Assembly (NCBI GenBank): GCA_018302765.1
Contig: JAGVZG010000007.1
Coordinates: 1-47,816 of the forward strand
Direction of reading: 5' to 3'
Source: Candidatus Woesearchaeota archaeon
Lineage (GTDB): Archaea; Nanobdellota; Nanobdellia; SCGC-AAA011-G17; GW2011-AR18
DNA length: 47,816 bases
Shown: one piece after another, positions 19,065 through 27,254 of the stretch
Position numbering within the stretch: the first letter of the stretch is position 1
Layout: each line of letters opens with the position of its first letter
The notes under the pieces: generated by a model
What the model saw: only the letters and a program-made list of their open reading frames with translations
Databases searched by the model: none
Told to the model about the DNA's origin: nothing
Translations under genes and position numbers: made by a program

Positions 19065-19109
19065 TTAGTTATCTCTTTTAAAAAGCCTTACGCGCGTACT
19101 TCTTGTCAT
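19065..19109 (-). CDS. possible 14-aa leader peptide MTRSTRVRLFKRDN
   Basis: GGGGTG upstream and a TATA-like element at about 19130-19144. Confidence 0.3.
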   Translation of the reverse strand: MTRSTRVRLFKRDN

Positions 19110-19193
19110 GTCGTCCACACCCCTAAAGAAAGATATATATTAAAGAATTCAATTAATAAATAAAATATAATTGATCAACAAAAGTTAAAAGAT

Positions 19194-20231
19194 TTAATCT
19201 AAATATTCAAGAATTTCTTGCCTTCCAAAATTATTTATATCTTCTTTAACTTTAATTTTGCCTTTAGATTCTAGTTCTTTAATCTTCCTCTGAAAAGTTC
19301 TATAGCTCTTTCCGCCATTTTCTTCATAAATCTTAAAGATTTCAGATTTACTCTTTCCAGGATTTAACTTTATTATATCAATAATAGAAGATAAATCAGA
19401 ATTATCCTCAAAATCAATATCTACTAATGAATTAATCGCAATGTCAACATGATCTATTGTGATTTTTTTTGAACTTTTATTTTCAGCTATTTCTCCAGAT
19501 TGTTTAAGTAAGAATAATCCAGCCCTAATATCACGCATATCAAAAGTTTTCTTAACTATGTGTTCAAAAGAATTTTTTTCCAATGTTCCAGGTACAAAAG
19601 AATATTCAACTCTTTGTTTTAATATTTCTTCTGTCTCATAGTAATTATATGGTTTAAACTCAAGCAAGTCAGCTAATAATCTTGATTTTATTCTATTATC
19701 TAATTTAGCAACAAAACTATTTTCATTAGTTATTAATATTATACATCTTCTATGGAATTCTTCCAGAATATTATATATTATATTCTGGTCTTGGAGTTTA
19801 TCTGCTTCGTCTAATACAATTACTGCAGATTTTTCATTTACTATCTCTGCAGCAGCGCCCATTAATTCATCAAAATTCTTGTTATGCGTCCATTTATAAT
19901 TTAACTGCTGGCATATTTCTGAAATAATCTTAAAGGAACTGTCTCTTTTCCAACAGTTTACATAGAAACAATAAACATCATTACCATAGTCATCTTTTAA
20001 CTCATTTAATACTTGTTTAAGTGATACAGTTTTTCCAACCCCAGGTTTGCCAAATACAACAATATTTTTTCCATTTCTTCTTTGGAGCAATGGTTTGATG
20101 CATAGAGCTATGTGCTGCTGCTGTGTCTCTCTGAATGGAACCAACTTTGGCTGGTAATCATAATCTAAAAATTGAGAATTAAGAAAAAGTGATTCATCAG
20201 ATTTTAAAACCTTGTCAAACAATTCTCCCAT
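19194..20231 (-). CDS. cdc6: Orc1/Cdc6 replication initiator
   Basis: YQPKLVPFRE, Walker A GKPGVGKT, Walker B LDEAD, C-terminal winged helix. Confidence 0.92.
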   Translation of the reverse strand: MGELFDKVLKSDESLFLNSQFLDYDYQPKLVPFRETQQQHIALCIKPLLQRRNGKNIVVFGKPGVGKTVSLKQVLNELKDDYGNDVYCFYVNCWKRDSSFKIISEICQQLNYKWTHNKNFDELMGAAAEIVNEKSAVIVLDEADKLQDQNIIYNILEEFHRRCIILITNENSFVAKLDNRIKSRLLADLLEFKPYNYYETEEILKQRVEYSFVPGTLEKNSFEHIVKKTFDMRDIRAGLFLLKQSGEIAENKSSKKITIDHVDIAINSLVDIDFEDNSDLSSIIDIIKLNPGKSKSEIFKIYEENGGKSYRTFQRKIKELESKGKIKVKEDINNFGRQEILEYLD

Positions 20232-20268
20232 ACGTTAATAAAAATTTACTTAATTTTAACTCTTTCGA

Positions 20269-20625
20269 TTATATTTCTTTTACCCCGTCTTTAGTTAAAG
20301 CAACAAATCTTATTCCGAAACCCAGTTGTAATATTGCAGAAATCAAAGCCATATGTTCTTTACCTTCGCCTGAGACTATATTAATAGCTACTTCAGTTCC
20401 AGATAATTTTCCATTTAATTGAAATTTAATATTTTCTCTCAGTTCCTCTAGACCAATTCTGGAATCAATAATGGACATCTCACAATTTTTTTCATTATTG
20501 AAATTTTCTTTTCCAAATTCATTGGTTATTAAAAGAACTTTTTCCCATTGGCCATCATTAATAAGTCTAGAAACATGTCCCCATGTTCCTTTTCCAGTAC
20601 TTAAACAAGCAACTAAACAAACCAT
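20269..20625 (-). CDS. small Rossmann-like (CARF-like?) protein
   Basis: LVACLSTGKG ... VAINIVSGEGKEHMAL beta/alpha pattern. Confidence 0.55.
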   Translation of the reverse strand: MVCLVACLSTGKGTWGHVSRLINDGQWEKVLLITNEFGKENFNNEKNCEMSIIDSRIGLEELRENIKFQLNGKLSGTEVAINIVSGEGKEHMALISAILQLGFGIRFVALTKDGVKEI

Positions 20626-20671
20626 GAAATAGGAGAAATTAATTTCTTTTTAAAGTTTTGTATGATTTATA

Positions 20672-21067
20672 TTATCTCTTCTCTGTTATTTGATAATAAA
20701 AAATACCTTTTAAGTAAAATTTTCCACTTTTTTCTAATAAAAATGGTATGCAAAAAGAAATTTCTTTTTTCCTTATCCATCCACCCCTAGATTTGTAATT
20801 TGAAACTAATTGTCGTCTATTTCTCATAGATGAAAAGAAAGACTTCAATTCTAATTTATATTTTGAAAATTTAGGAATACGTTCTATCATTGATAAACTG
20901 CATTCTTCTAAAACTTTAATAATATCTTCCTGAGGTTCAACTGTATAAACTAAATATCTAAATATTTCTTTATTCAGGTCAACTGAGATCTGGATTTTAA
21001 GTGTTTTATCTCCACCAAAGAACATCCAAACCCAATTACATGCATCATCAATATGTAAATTATTCAT
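20672..21067 (-). CDS. hypothetical protein with KSxGGWIRKK motif
   Basis: 131-aa ORF; motif shared with the 14187-14668 locus. Confidence 0.55.
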   Translation of the reverse strand: MNNLHIDDACNWVWMFFGGDKTLKIQISVDLNKEIFRYLVYTVEPQEDIIKVLEECSLSMIERIPKFSKYKLELKSFFSSMRNRRQLVSNYKSRGGWIRKKEISFCIPFLLEKSGKFYLKGIFYYQITEKR

Positions 21068-21152
21068 AGAAACTCACAGAAATTATAACTTATAAAGTTT
21101 TGTATGATTTAATTTAGAATGATTTATATATAAGATCTATAATAATTTTTTT

Positions 21153-21662
21153 ATGGTAAATAAAAAGATTGATATTGAAGTTAAATCAATTGCTTTCTTT
21201 AAACTATATAAAAAAATTATTGATGATCTGGATTCTAATTATGAAGAATGCAATTTCAAACCGCATGAAAAAATTTTAAATCATAGGTATTTAAATTTTG
21301 TTTTTTATCTTGATGGTTATATAAAATGTGATTTAGGAGTTATTCCAGTAAGTATAGGCATTTATTTAAATAATAGAAATATACTTAATCGAAATAATAT
21401 AATTAATTCTAAAGATAAAAAAGACAATTTTGTTTTTATATTCTGTATATTTGACAATGGTAAAGATGTCGAGGCTATTAAATTCAAAGATGAAGATTCC
21501 AGATTTAAATTCCTTAGAGATTATAAAATAAAAGATTTTATAAAAGAGAAAAAAATCAAAGCTAATTTAGCAAATGACCAAGATCTAGAAAGAATGGGAA
21601 ATGAATTCTTAACTTTTATAATTGAAAGAATAGAGGACATGAAAAATAAATTATCTAATTAG
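21153..21662 (+). CDS. hypothetical protein
   Basis: 169-aa ORF. Confidence 0.55.
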   Translation: MVNKKIDIEVKSIAFFKLYKKIIDDLDSNYEECNFKPHEKILNHRYLNFVFYLDGYIKCDLGVIPVSIGIYLNNRNILNRNNIINSKDKKDNFVFIFCIFDNGKDVEAIKFKDEDSRFKFLRDYKIKDFIKEKKIKANLANDQDLERMGNEFLTFIIERIEDMKNKLSN

Positions 21663-21665
21663 AAT

Positions 21666-22607
21666 TTATTCTTCTTCCCCTTCAGCTTCTTTCAGTAATT
21701 TCTTCTTGACTTTATCTTTAAGGTCTAATTCTTTGAGTAATTCTTTATATCTATTTCTTATAGTAACTTCTGTAACGCCTGCTACATCAGCAACTTCTCT
21801 TTGTGTTCTTTTTTCATTGTTCATTAATGCTGCAACATACAATGAAGCTGCCGCAATGCCTGTAGGACCTCTTCCAGAAGTCAGTTCAGCGTCTCTTGCT
21901 TTATTTAAAATATCAACAGCTTTGCTTTGTGTCTCAGCGCTTAATTTCAATGCAGAAACAAATCTTGGCAAATAATCAACAGGATTGCTTGGCAAAATTC
22001 TAATTCCTAATTCTCTTGTAATAAATCTATAAGTTCTTCCAACTTCTTTTTTGTCTATGCCAGAAGCTTCACTTAGTTCGTCTAACGTTCTAGGAACCTC
22101 ATGCCTTCTGCAAGAAGCGTACAACGAACCAGCAACAACACTTTCCATTGATCTTCCTCTAACTAACCCACGTTGAACAGCCATTGTATAAATCCTAGCA
22201 GCCTCTTCTTCAACAGATTTTGGAAGTTTCAGGTAAGAGCTTACTCTTTTTAATTCAGCCAAAGCTAATTTTAAGTTCCTTTCTATAGCAGTAGAAATTC
22301 TGTGCTGCCATTTTCTTAGTCTAAAGAATTTGTTTTTTCCTTTTGCACTTAACTGGTATATGTCTCCTTTTTGTCCAATATCTGTTCCTAGGCCCCTGTC
22401 AAACTTAGTCCAAGACATAGGAGCGCCAGTTCTTCTTCTTTTAGAAGCTTGTTCGTCACTAAATTCTCTCCATTCCTGACCAAAATCAATCATCTTCTCT
22501 TCTATAACTAGGCCACAGTCTCTGCAGATTGCTTCTCCTTTATCTTTTTGTATTAGAAGATTACTACCGCCGCATTCTGGGCATTTTTTAATGTATTCTG
22601 CTGGCAT
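21666..22607 (-). CDS. tfb: transcription initiation factor IIB
   Basis: CPECG...CRDCG zinc ribbon, EWR, two cyclin repeats, TEVTIRNRYKEL. Confidence 0.97.
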   Translation of the reverse strand: MPAEYIKKCPECGGSNLLIQKDKGEAICRDCGLVIEEKMIDFGQEWREFSDEQASKRRRTGAPMSWTKFDRGLGTDIGQKGDIYQLSAKGKNKFFRLRKWQHRISTAIERNLKLALAELKRVSSYLKLPKSVEEEAARIYTMAVQRGLVRGRSMESVVAGSLYASCRRHEVPRTLDELSEASGIDKKEVGRTYRFITRELGIRILPSNPVDYLPRFVSALKLSAETQSKAVDILNKARDAELTSGRGPTGIAAASLYVAALMNNEKRTQREVADVAGVTEVTIRNRYKELLKELDLKDKVKKKLLKEAEGEEE

Positions 22608-22775
22608 TTGCTAATATATTTCCCCTAATGTTTGTACCCCTCTTAAATTTATAAAAATCTTTATATATATGTGACTTAATTAGTATATAAAACTTTCTAT
22701 TTTAATTTACTTCAGCAAAGTAACTCTGAGCGCTCTTTAGCAATGCTTATATATTTAGCAAATTCCGCACAATAA

Positions 22776-23432
22776 ATGAAGCAAAAACTAATTATAATAT
22801 CAATTTTAGTTATGTTTGTGCTGCCGATTGTATTTGCACAGCACCAAAGCACAACTTCAAAGCTAGACATTACTAGAGACATAGATCAAACTAGTAACGA
22901 AATAGAAATTCCCAAAGGGCAAAATGCAACAGCATCGCTACCTTTGTTTTCTAGGACGTATATTAGGCTATATGAAAGTTCAAGATTGGATTTTAATGTT
23001 GTAGATCCAGACACTAATGTAGTACTAATAAAAAATATTCTTATTATAAAAGAAATTAACCAAGACTCAACTAAAGTGCTTCTTTCTTTGGACAACAAAC
23101 CTTATGAAGAAACAACACTTTACTTGGGAAAAGAGCAGCAACTTAATTATACTTATAAATTCATGCCGTTCTTAACATTAAAACAAATTATAACACATTA
23201 TGAACAAAACAACAAAAATGTAGTTTTGTATTTTAATTTGCCATTTCTAAAAGCAAGCAAAAAAACAGATCTTAGTTCAGAAATACCTTCAGGTTCAGTG
23301 GTGTTAGATTCAAGTACAATTAAGCCTAAAAATGAAGACAATAAAAATTTAGATCCGCTTCTAATATTCTTAATAGTTTTAGTAGGTTTATTGGCAGTTG
23401 TTTTAATATATATAAAAAAAATTAGGAAATAA
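22776..23432 (+). CDS. secreted protein with C-terminal membrane anchor
   Basis: Signal peptide ending VFA; C-terminal TM followed by KKIRK. Confidence 0.7.
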   Translation: MKQKLIIISILVMFVLPIVFAQHQSTTSKLDITRDIDQTSNEIEIPKGQNATASLPLFSRTYIRLYESSRLDFNVVDPDTNVVLIKNILIIKEINQDSTKVLLSLDNKPYEETTLYLGKEQQLNYTYKFMPFLTLKQIITHYEQNNKNVVLYFNLPFLKASKKTDLSSEIPSGSVVLDSSTIKPKNEDNKNLDPLLIFLIVLVGLLAVVLIYIKKIRK

Positions 23433-23802
23433 GCACACCATTAAGCATGCCTTCTTGTCCAGGTCTTGAAGTAACTTTCACTTTTCCTAATTTAGTTTCT
23501 AGTATAGAACCTTTTGTAATTATGTTCCTTCTTATAAAATTTCTATTGGCAGGACTGTCAACTACAGTAAGTACTTCAGTTTTTTGAATTTTCTTTGTTT
23601 TAGTATTTAGTACATTAATTTGACTAGCGCTTAATAAAGATCGCTTAAATGAGCCGCCATACTCCCTTTTAAATTTGACTTTTGTATTTCCAACTTTTGT
23701 AAAAGTAGGCAAAGAACCAGTATTAGCTAGTTTTTTTTTCTCTGAACTTATGTACCTTCCGCTAGAAGGTTTCCTTTTTGATCTTTTTTGGTATATTACC
23801 AT
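23422..23802 (-). CDS. rps8e: 30S ribosomal protein S8e
   Basis: RKPSSGR, RRNIITKG, VTSRPGQEG. Confidence 0.95.
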   Translation of the reverse strand: MVIYQKRSKRKPSSGRYISSEKKKLANTGSLPTFTKVGNTKVKFKREYGGSFKRSLLSASQINVLNTKTKKIQKTEVLTVVDSPANRNFIRRNIITKGSILETKLGKVKVTSRPGQEGMLNGVLIS

Positions 23803-23912
23803 AAAGCCTTTGAGACTATGGTGTCTTTAAATAATTTTTGATTTTAATTTGGTTCAAAAATCTCAATTTTCTATAGGAAAGTTTATATATATATGCGAGA
23901 AACTAAAAACTT

Positions 23913-24134
23913 ATGGAATTAAGACCTTTTGATACTCTAAATGAAGCCAAAGGCAAGGGAGTAATAGTAGAATTAAAAAGTGGAAAACAACTTTTTGGAA
24001 AACTAAAGTCCTTTGACCAGCATGTAAATATGGTTGTTGAAAATTGCGAGGAAAAAGTAAACAATGAAACAACCAGAAAATTAGGTACTGTGTTCATTAG
24101 AGGAGATACAATTATTTTTATTTCCACAGCTTAG
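23913..24134 (+). CDS. Sm-like (Lsm) protein
   Basis: RPFDTL, GKLKSFDQHVNMV, VFIRGDTI; adjacent to rpl37e. Confidence 0.92.
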   Translation: MELRPFDTLNEAKGKGVIVELKSGKQLFGKLKSFDQHVNMVVENCEEKVNNETTRKLGTVFIRGDTIIFISTA

Positions 24135-24145
24135 GGTGTTTTTGA

Positions 24146-24346
24146 ATGACTAAAGGAACTGCTTCTATGGGCAAAAAGAGTGGAAGAAGAAACTTAGTCC
24201 AAAGATGCAGAAGATGCGGCAAGCGTTCTTATCACGTAAGGAATAAAAAATGTGCTTCTTGTGGCTATGGTGCTACAGCTAAATTAAGAAAATATAACTG
24301 GCAAACAAGAAGAAATGGTAAAACAAGAATAAGATATAGATTATAA
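24146..24346 (+). CDS. rpl37e: 50S ribosomal protein L37e
   Basis: [15 protein letters not shown]...CASCGYG. Confidence 0.95.
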   Translation: MTKGTASMGKKSGRRNLVQRCRRCGKRSYHVRNKKCASCGYGATAKLRKYNWQTRRNGKTRIRYRL

Positions 24347-24400
24347 TTCTAAAAACAACAAGTTTTTATATTATTGATAGCTTTTTAAATTTTAATTTTT

Positions 24401-24561
24401 GCGGGGGTGCCGGAGTGGCCAAACGGGCCAGATTCTAGATTCACTTCATAATGAACTAGAAGGTTTAGCTTAGGTAAGTTAAGGTGTTATAAATAATAAT
24501 GCTGAGACTTAAAGATACCTGGTGGCTCAGGCCTACGCAGGTTCGAATCCTGTCCCCCGCA
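24401..24561 (+). tRNA. tRNA-Leu(UAG) with introns at 30/31 (24432-24467, 36 nt) and 37/38 (24475-24516, 42 nt)
   Basis: Leu-type acceptor GCGGGGG, long variable arm, TTCGAAT. Removing two BHB introns gives CCAGG-CTTAGGA-CCTGG; mature length 83 nt. Confidence 0.85.
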
Positions 24562-24666
24562 CTATATTCTCAGTAACATGCGTTGACAAAATTTAATATT
24601 TTTTAGAAATCTGCTTTTCTGAAATCGAAAAGATAGCTTTTTATAATAGAAATTTACGAGTATTTT

Positions 24667-25161
24667 ATGTGGTTAAAAAAGTGGTTGGGAATTTTAGGAC
24701 TTGCAACTGTTACTGTTACTAGCCCTAATATTTCAGAAGCTAAAAAAACCAAAGGAGTTCAAACTTCTAATTTTGATTACCATAATAATTTTCCCAAAGT
24801 AAAATCAGCATACGCACTATTAATAAATGCTAAAGATGATAAAACTATAAGAAATGCTGCTAGGTCTTTTGTAAAAGAATTGTATTTACTTATTAAAAGT
24901 TTGCCACAGAAAGCAGATATTATGGTAAAAGACGGAAACATCAGAAAAGATAAAAAAAGGAAAGCACAGGCATTAAGAAATTTAAAGAAACTAGAAGATG
25001 AAATTTTTGGTATGCTGGACGTAATAAAAAATAAATTTGGTAATGATTTCAAATTGACTGAAGACGAAACACTTTTTGACTTATCTATAGGTGTAGGTAG
25101 GTATTTTGTAATTGCAGAAAACATTCTTGAAGGTGTAGAGAATCCTACAAGTGTAGAGTAA
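24667..25161 (+). CDS. secreted helical hypothetical protein
   Basis: Signal-peptide-like N-terminus, 164 aa. Confidence 0.6.
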   Translation: MWLKKWLGILGLATVTVTSPNISEAKKTKGVQTSNFDYHNNFPKVKSAYALLINAKDDKTIRNAARSFVKELYLLIKSLPQKADIMVKDGNIRKDKKRKAQALRNLKKLEDEIFGMLDVIKNKFGNDFKLTEDETLFDLSIGVGRYFVIAENILEGVENPTSVE

Positions 25162-25248
25162 CTCTTTAGAATATTTTAAATGTAAAAACTCATGACTGAA
25201 AGTTAAACGCATGTTTTTCTATGGAAGGCGTATACTCATGCAAATAAA

Positions 25249-26007
25249 TTAATATTTAGAAATTTTATTGAACAAATGCATTCTCTGTAAATTTATTAAA
25301 AATATAATCATTAAAAGCAGCACTGACGGCCAAATAATTGGTGCGTCTACATAAGTCAAGAAAAATATCCAAAAAACCAAAACAAAATAAATCAAACTAG
25401 TAACTAGATTTAATAGAAAATAAATCAAAACGTCTTTAATTCTATTTTTTGCAATAATTAAACTATCCATAAACGACTTTTTATTTGATAAAAAGAATAA
25501 AGAAATATAATAACTAATAATTAAAAAAATTAGAGAAACAACAAACCAGATTAATGAAGATTCTGAAGAAAAATAAAATCTATATGCAATATAATTCAAG
25601 ACAAAGTAACAAAAAAATAAAAATGAAATTAATGGTATAATTGTAGAGTAAAAAAATCTAAGGAATTTAACACCAGAAGTAGTTTTCCATATTATAAAAT
25701 AAAAAAGAAAGCTTAACAAAAATAATGAAATAGGAAGTACTACCTTAATAAGAATCATTCCCTTGGTTAATAAAGAATCCATATTATTTATTGTATTTTG
25801 TACTTGCTGTTTATCATAAGACGTTAGATTTTCAGTTGCTAAATCTTTTTCCAAGCTACTAACCTGATAAGAGATGGTTTGAACATCATATAAATATCCT
25901 ATTGATTTTTCCCTTACAAAAACAAGCAATAACACTAGAATAAAAGTAAAAATAACTTCTATTATAATATTAAGAACCAATTTCTTTGTATTTTTTTGTC
26001 TTAACAT
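25249..26007 (-). CDS. multi-pass membrane protein, last gene of the giant-protein operon
   Basis: About 7 hydrophobic segments; TAATG overlap with the upstream gene. Confidence 0.75.
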   Translation of the reverse strand: MLRQKNTKKLVLNIIIEVIFTFILVLLLVFVREKSIGYLYDVQTISYQVSSLEKDLATENLTSYDKQQVQNTINNMDSLLTKGMILIKVVLPISLFLLSFLFYFIIWKTTSGVKFLRFFYSTIIPLISFLFFCYFVLNYIAYRFYFSSESSLIWFVVSLIFLIISYYISLFFLSNKKSFMDSLIIAKNRIKDVLIYFLLNLVTSLIYFVLVFWIFFLTYVDAPIIWPSVLLLMIIFLINLQRMHLFNKISKY

Positions 26008-27254
26008 TACTTGTATAAACCTTCTTTTTTTATTTTATCTAAAACTTCATTAAATACATCATTGTTTAGTTCTATAGTATAAGGATGAAATACGTCAGAA
26101 CTGCCAACATAAGAGCCTAAAGCAATATCACCAACAACATCTTTACCGATTTTTATCCTTGCAATTTTTTGTAAAGGATATCTTGGTTCTCTGGCTATTT
26201 CAATTGACACAATTAAATCATTCCCTTTTTCATCTCTAATAATTAATTTTGGTATATATTTTTCATTTACGCTTAACTCAACAAATTGATAAAGAGTATA
26301 ATTAATTCCATCTTTATAAGTTTTACTGGCTAAATCTCTTAATATTTTAAGATAGTAGTCTGATTTTACTTCATCATCAGGTGGACTATTGGATGCAATT
26401 TTAACATAATTTTTGCAACTAAACGTACCTTTACACCAACCCCATCCACTTTCTCCAGCAGAAGCCCAAGAAGGAACAAAAATTAATTGTATATAGTCTC
26501 CTGCCAAGGCTTTTTTTAAAATTATATTTTTTGAAGTTGTTTTGTCTGCAACTTTTGTTTTTGCAGCTTCTAATTTATTGCAGCAAAGAAAATTAGGATC
26601 TTCACAGTTTTTAGAGCATGTGTAAGTTTCTTTGTCAGGGTCTTCTAGTTTAATGCATAAATAACCAGCTTCACCGCAGGGTTTGTCAGTTAAATCTCGG
26701 AATACTGCTGGCGCTTCTTTTAGTTCTATCTTACCTTCACTTTTCTCTACTAAAATATTGACAGGCAAGCCTATGTATTCTCTGCGCAGCTGTGCTATTT
26801 GTTTATAGCCTAAAGCCTCAGCATATAACGCTTGTGCTCTAATGCTTGAGCTGTCAGTCATTGTTTGCAAATTAAAATAACTAGTGCCTCCAGGATCGTT
26901 CATCGGAATGCTTAATTGTTGGTATTTAGATATTAGCTCTTTTAATTCAGGTAAGGTTGAAAATTCAAGGGATTCAGCACTTGCAGTCTTTGATTTTTCA
27001 GGAGAAACGCAACAAAAAAGATCTTTTGCATCACCACAGCAATTTTTTCCATTGCAATCTTCTGTACTTTTGCACCTATAATTTTTATTTTCCACAAGGT
27101 CTTTTTTTGTACCTTTTATACAACTATAGCCTTCTTTTCCAAAGCTTTGTTCACATAGCGAAGTGGTATTTGTAGTTTCAGAATAAGCAAAATTTATAGT
27201 TAATAGTAATAAAACTATTACAAAAATTATTATAGTAATATTTTTTGTTTTCAT
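26007..27254 (-). CDS. secreted protein with two Cys-rich modules
   Basis: Signal peptide; GY(S/L)CIK...C...C...(F/L)CC occurs twice; ATGA overlap with the upstream gene. Confidence 0.75.
   Translation of the reverse strand: MKTKNITIIIFVIVLLLLTINFAYSETTNTTSLCEQSFGKEGYSCIKGTKKDLVENKNYRCKSTEDCNGKNCCGDAKDLFCCVSPEKSKTASAESLEFSTLPELKELISKYQQLSIPMNDPGGTSYFNLQTMTDSSSIRAQALYAEALGYKQIAQLRREYIGLPVNILVEKSEGKIELKEAPAVFRDLTDKPCGEAGYLCIKLEDPDKETYTCSKNCEDPNFLCCNKLEAAKTKVADKTTSKNIILKKALAGDYIQLIFVPSWASAGESGWGWCKGTFSCKNYVKIASNSPPDDEVKSDYYLKILRDLASKTYKDGINYTLYQFVELSVNEKYIPKLIIRDEKGNDLIVSIEIAREPRYPLQKIARIKIGKDVVGDIALGSYVGSSDVFHPYTIELNNDVFNEVLDKIKKEGLYK

Noticed and set aside
19110-20270. Replication origin (ORB repeats) beside cdc6
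   Set aside because: No repeated TCCA-x-GAAA...GGGG boxes found; the single GGGGTGTGGA is better explained as an SD-like site.
24428-24440. Apparent CUA anticodon (amber suppressor/pyrrolysine-like) in the tRNA at 24401
   Set aside because: TTCTAG is the inner helix of intron 1; BHB geometry gives a normal CU-UAG-GA Leu loop after splicing.
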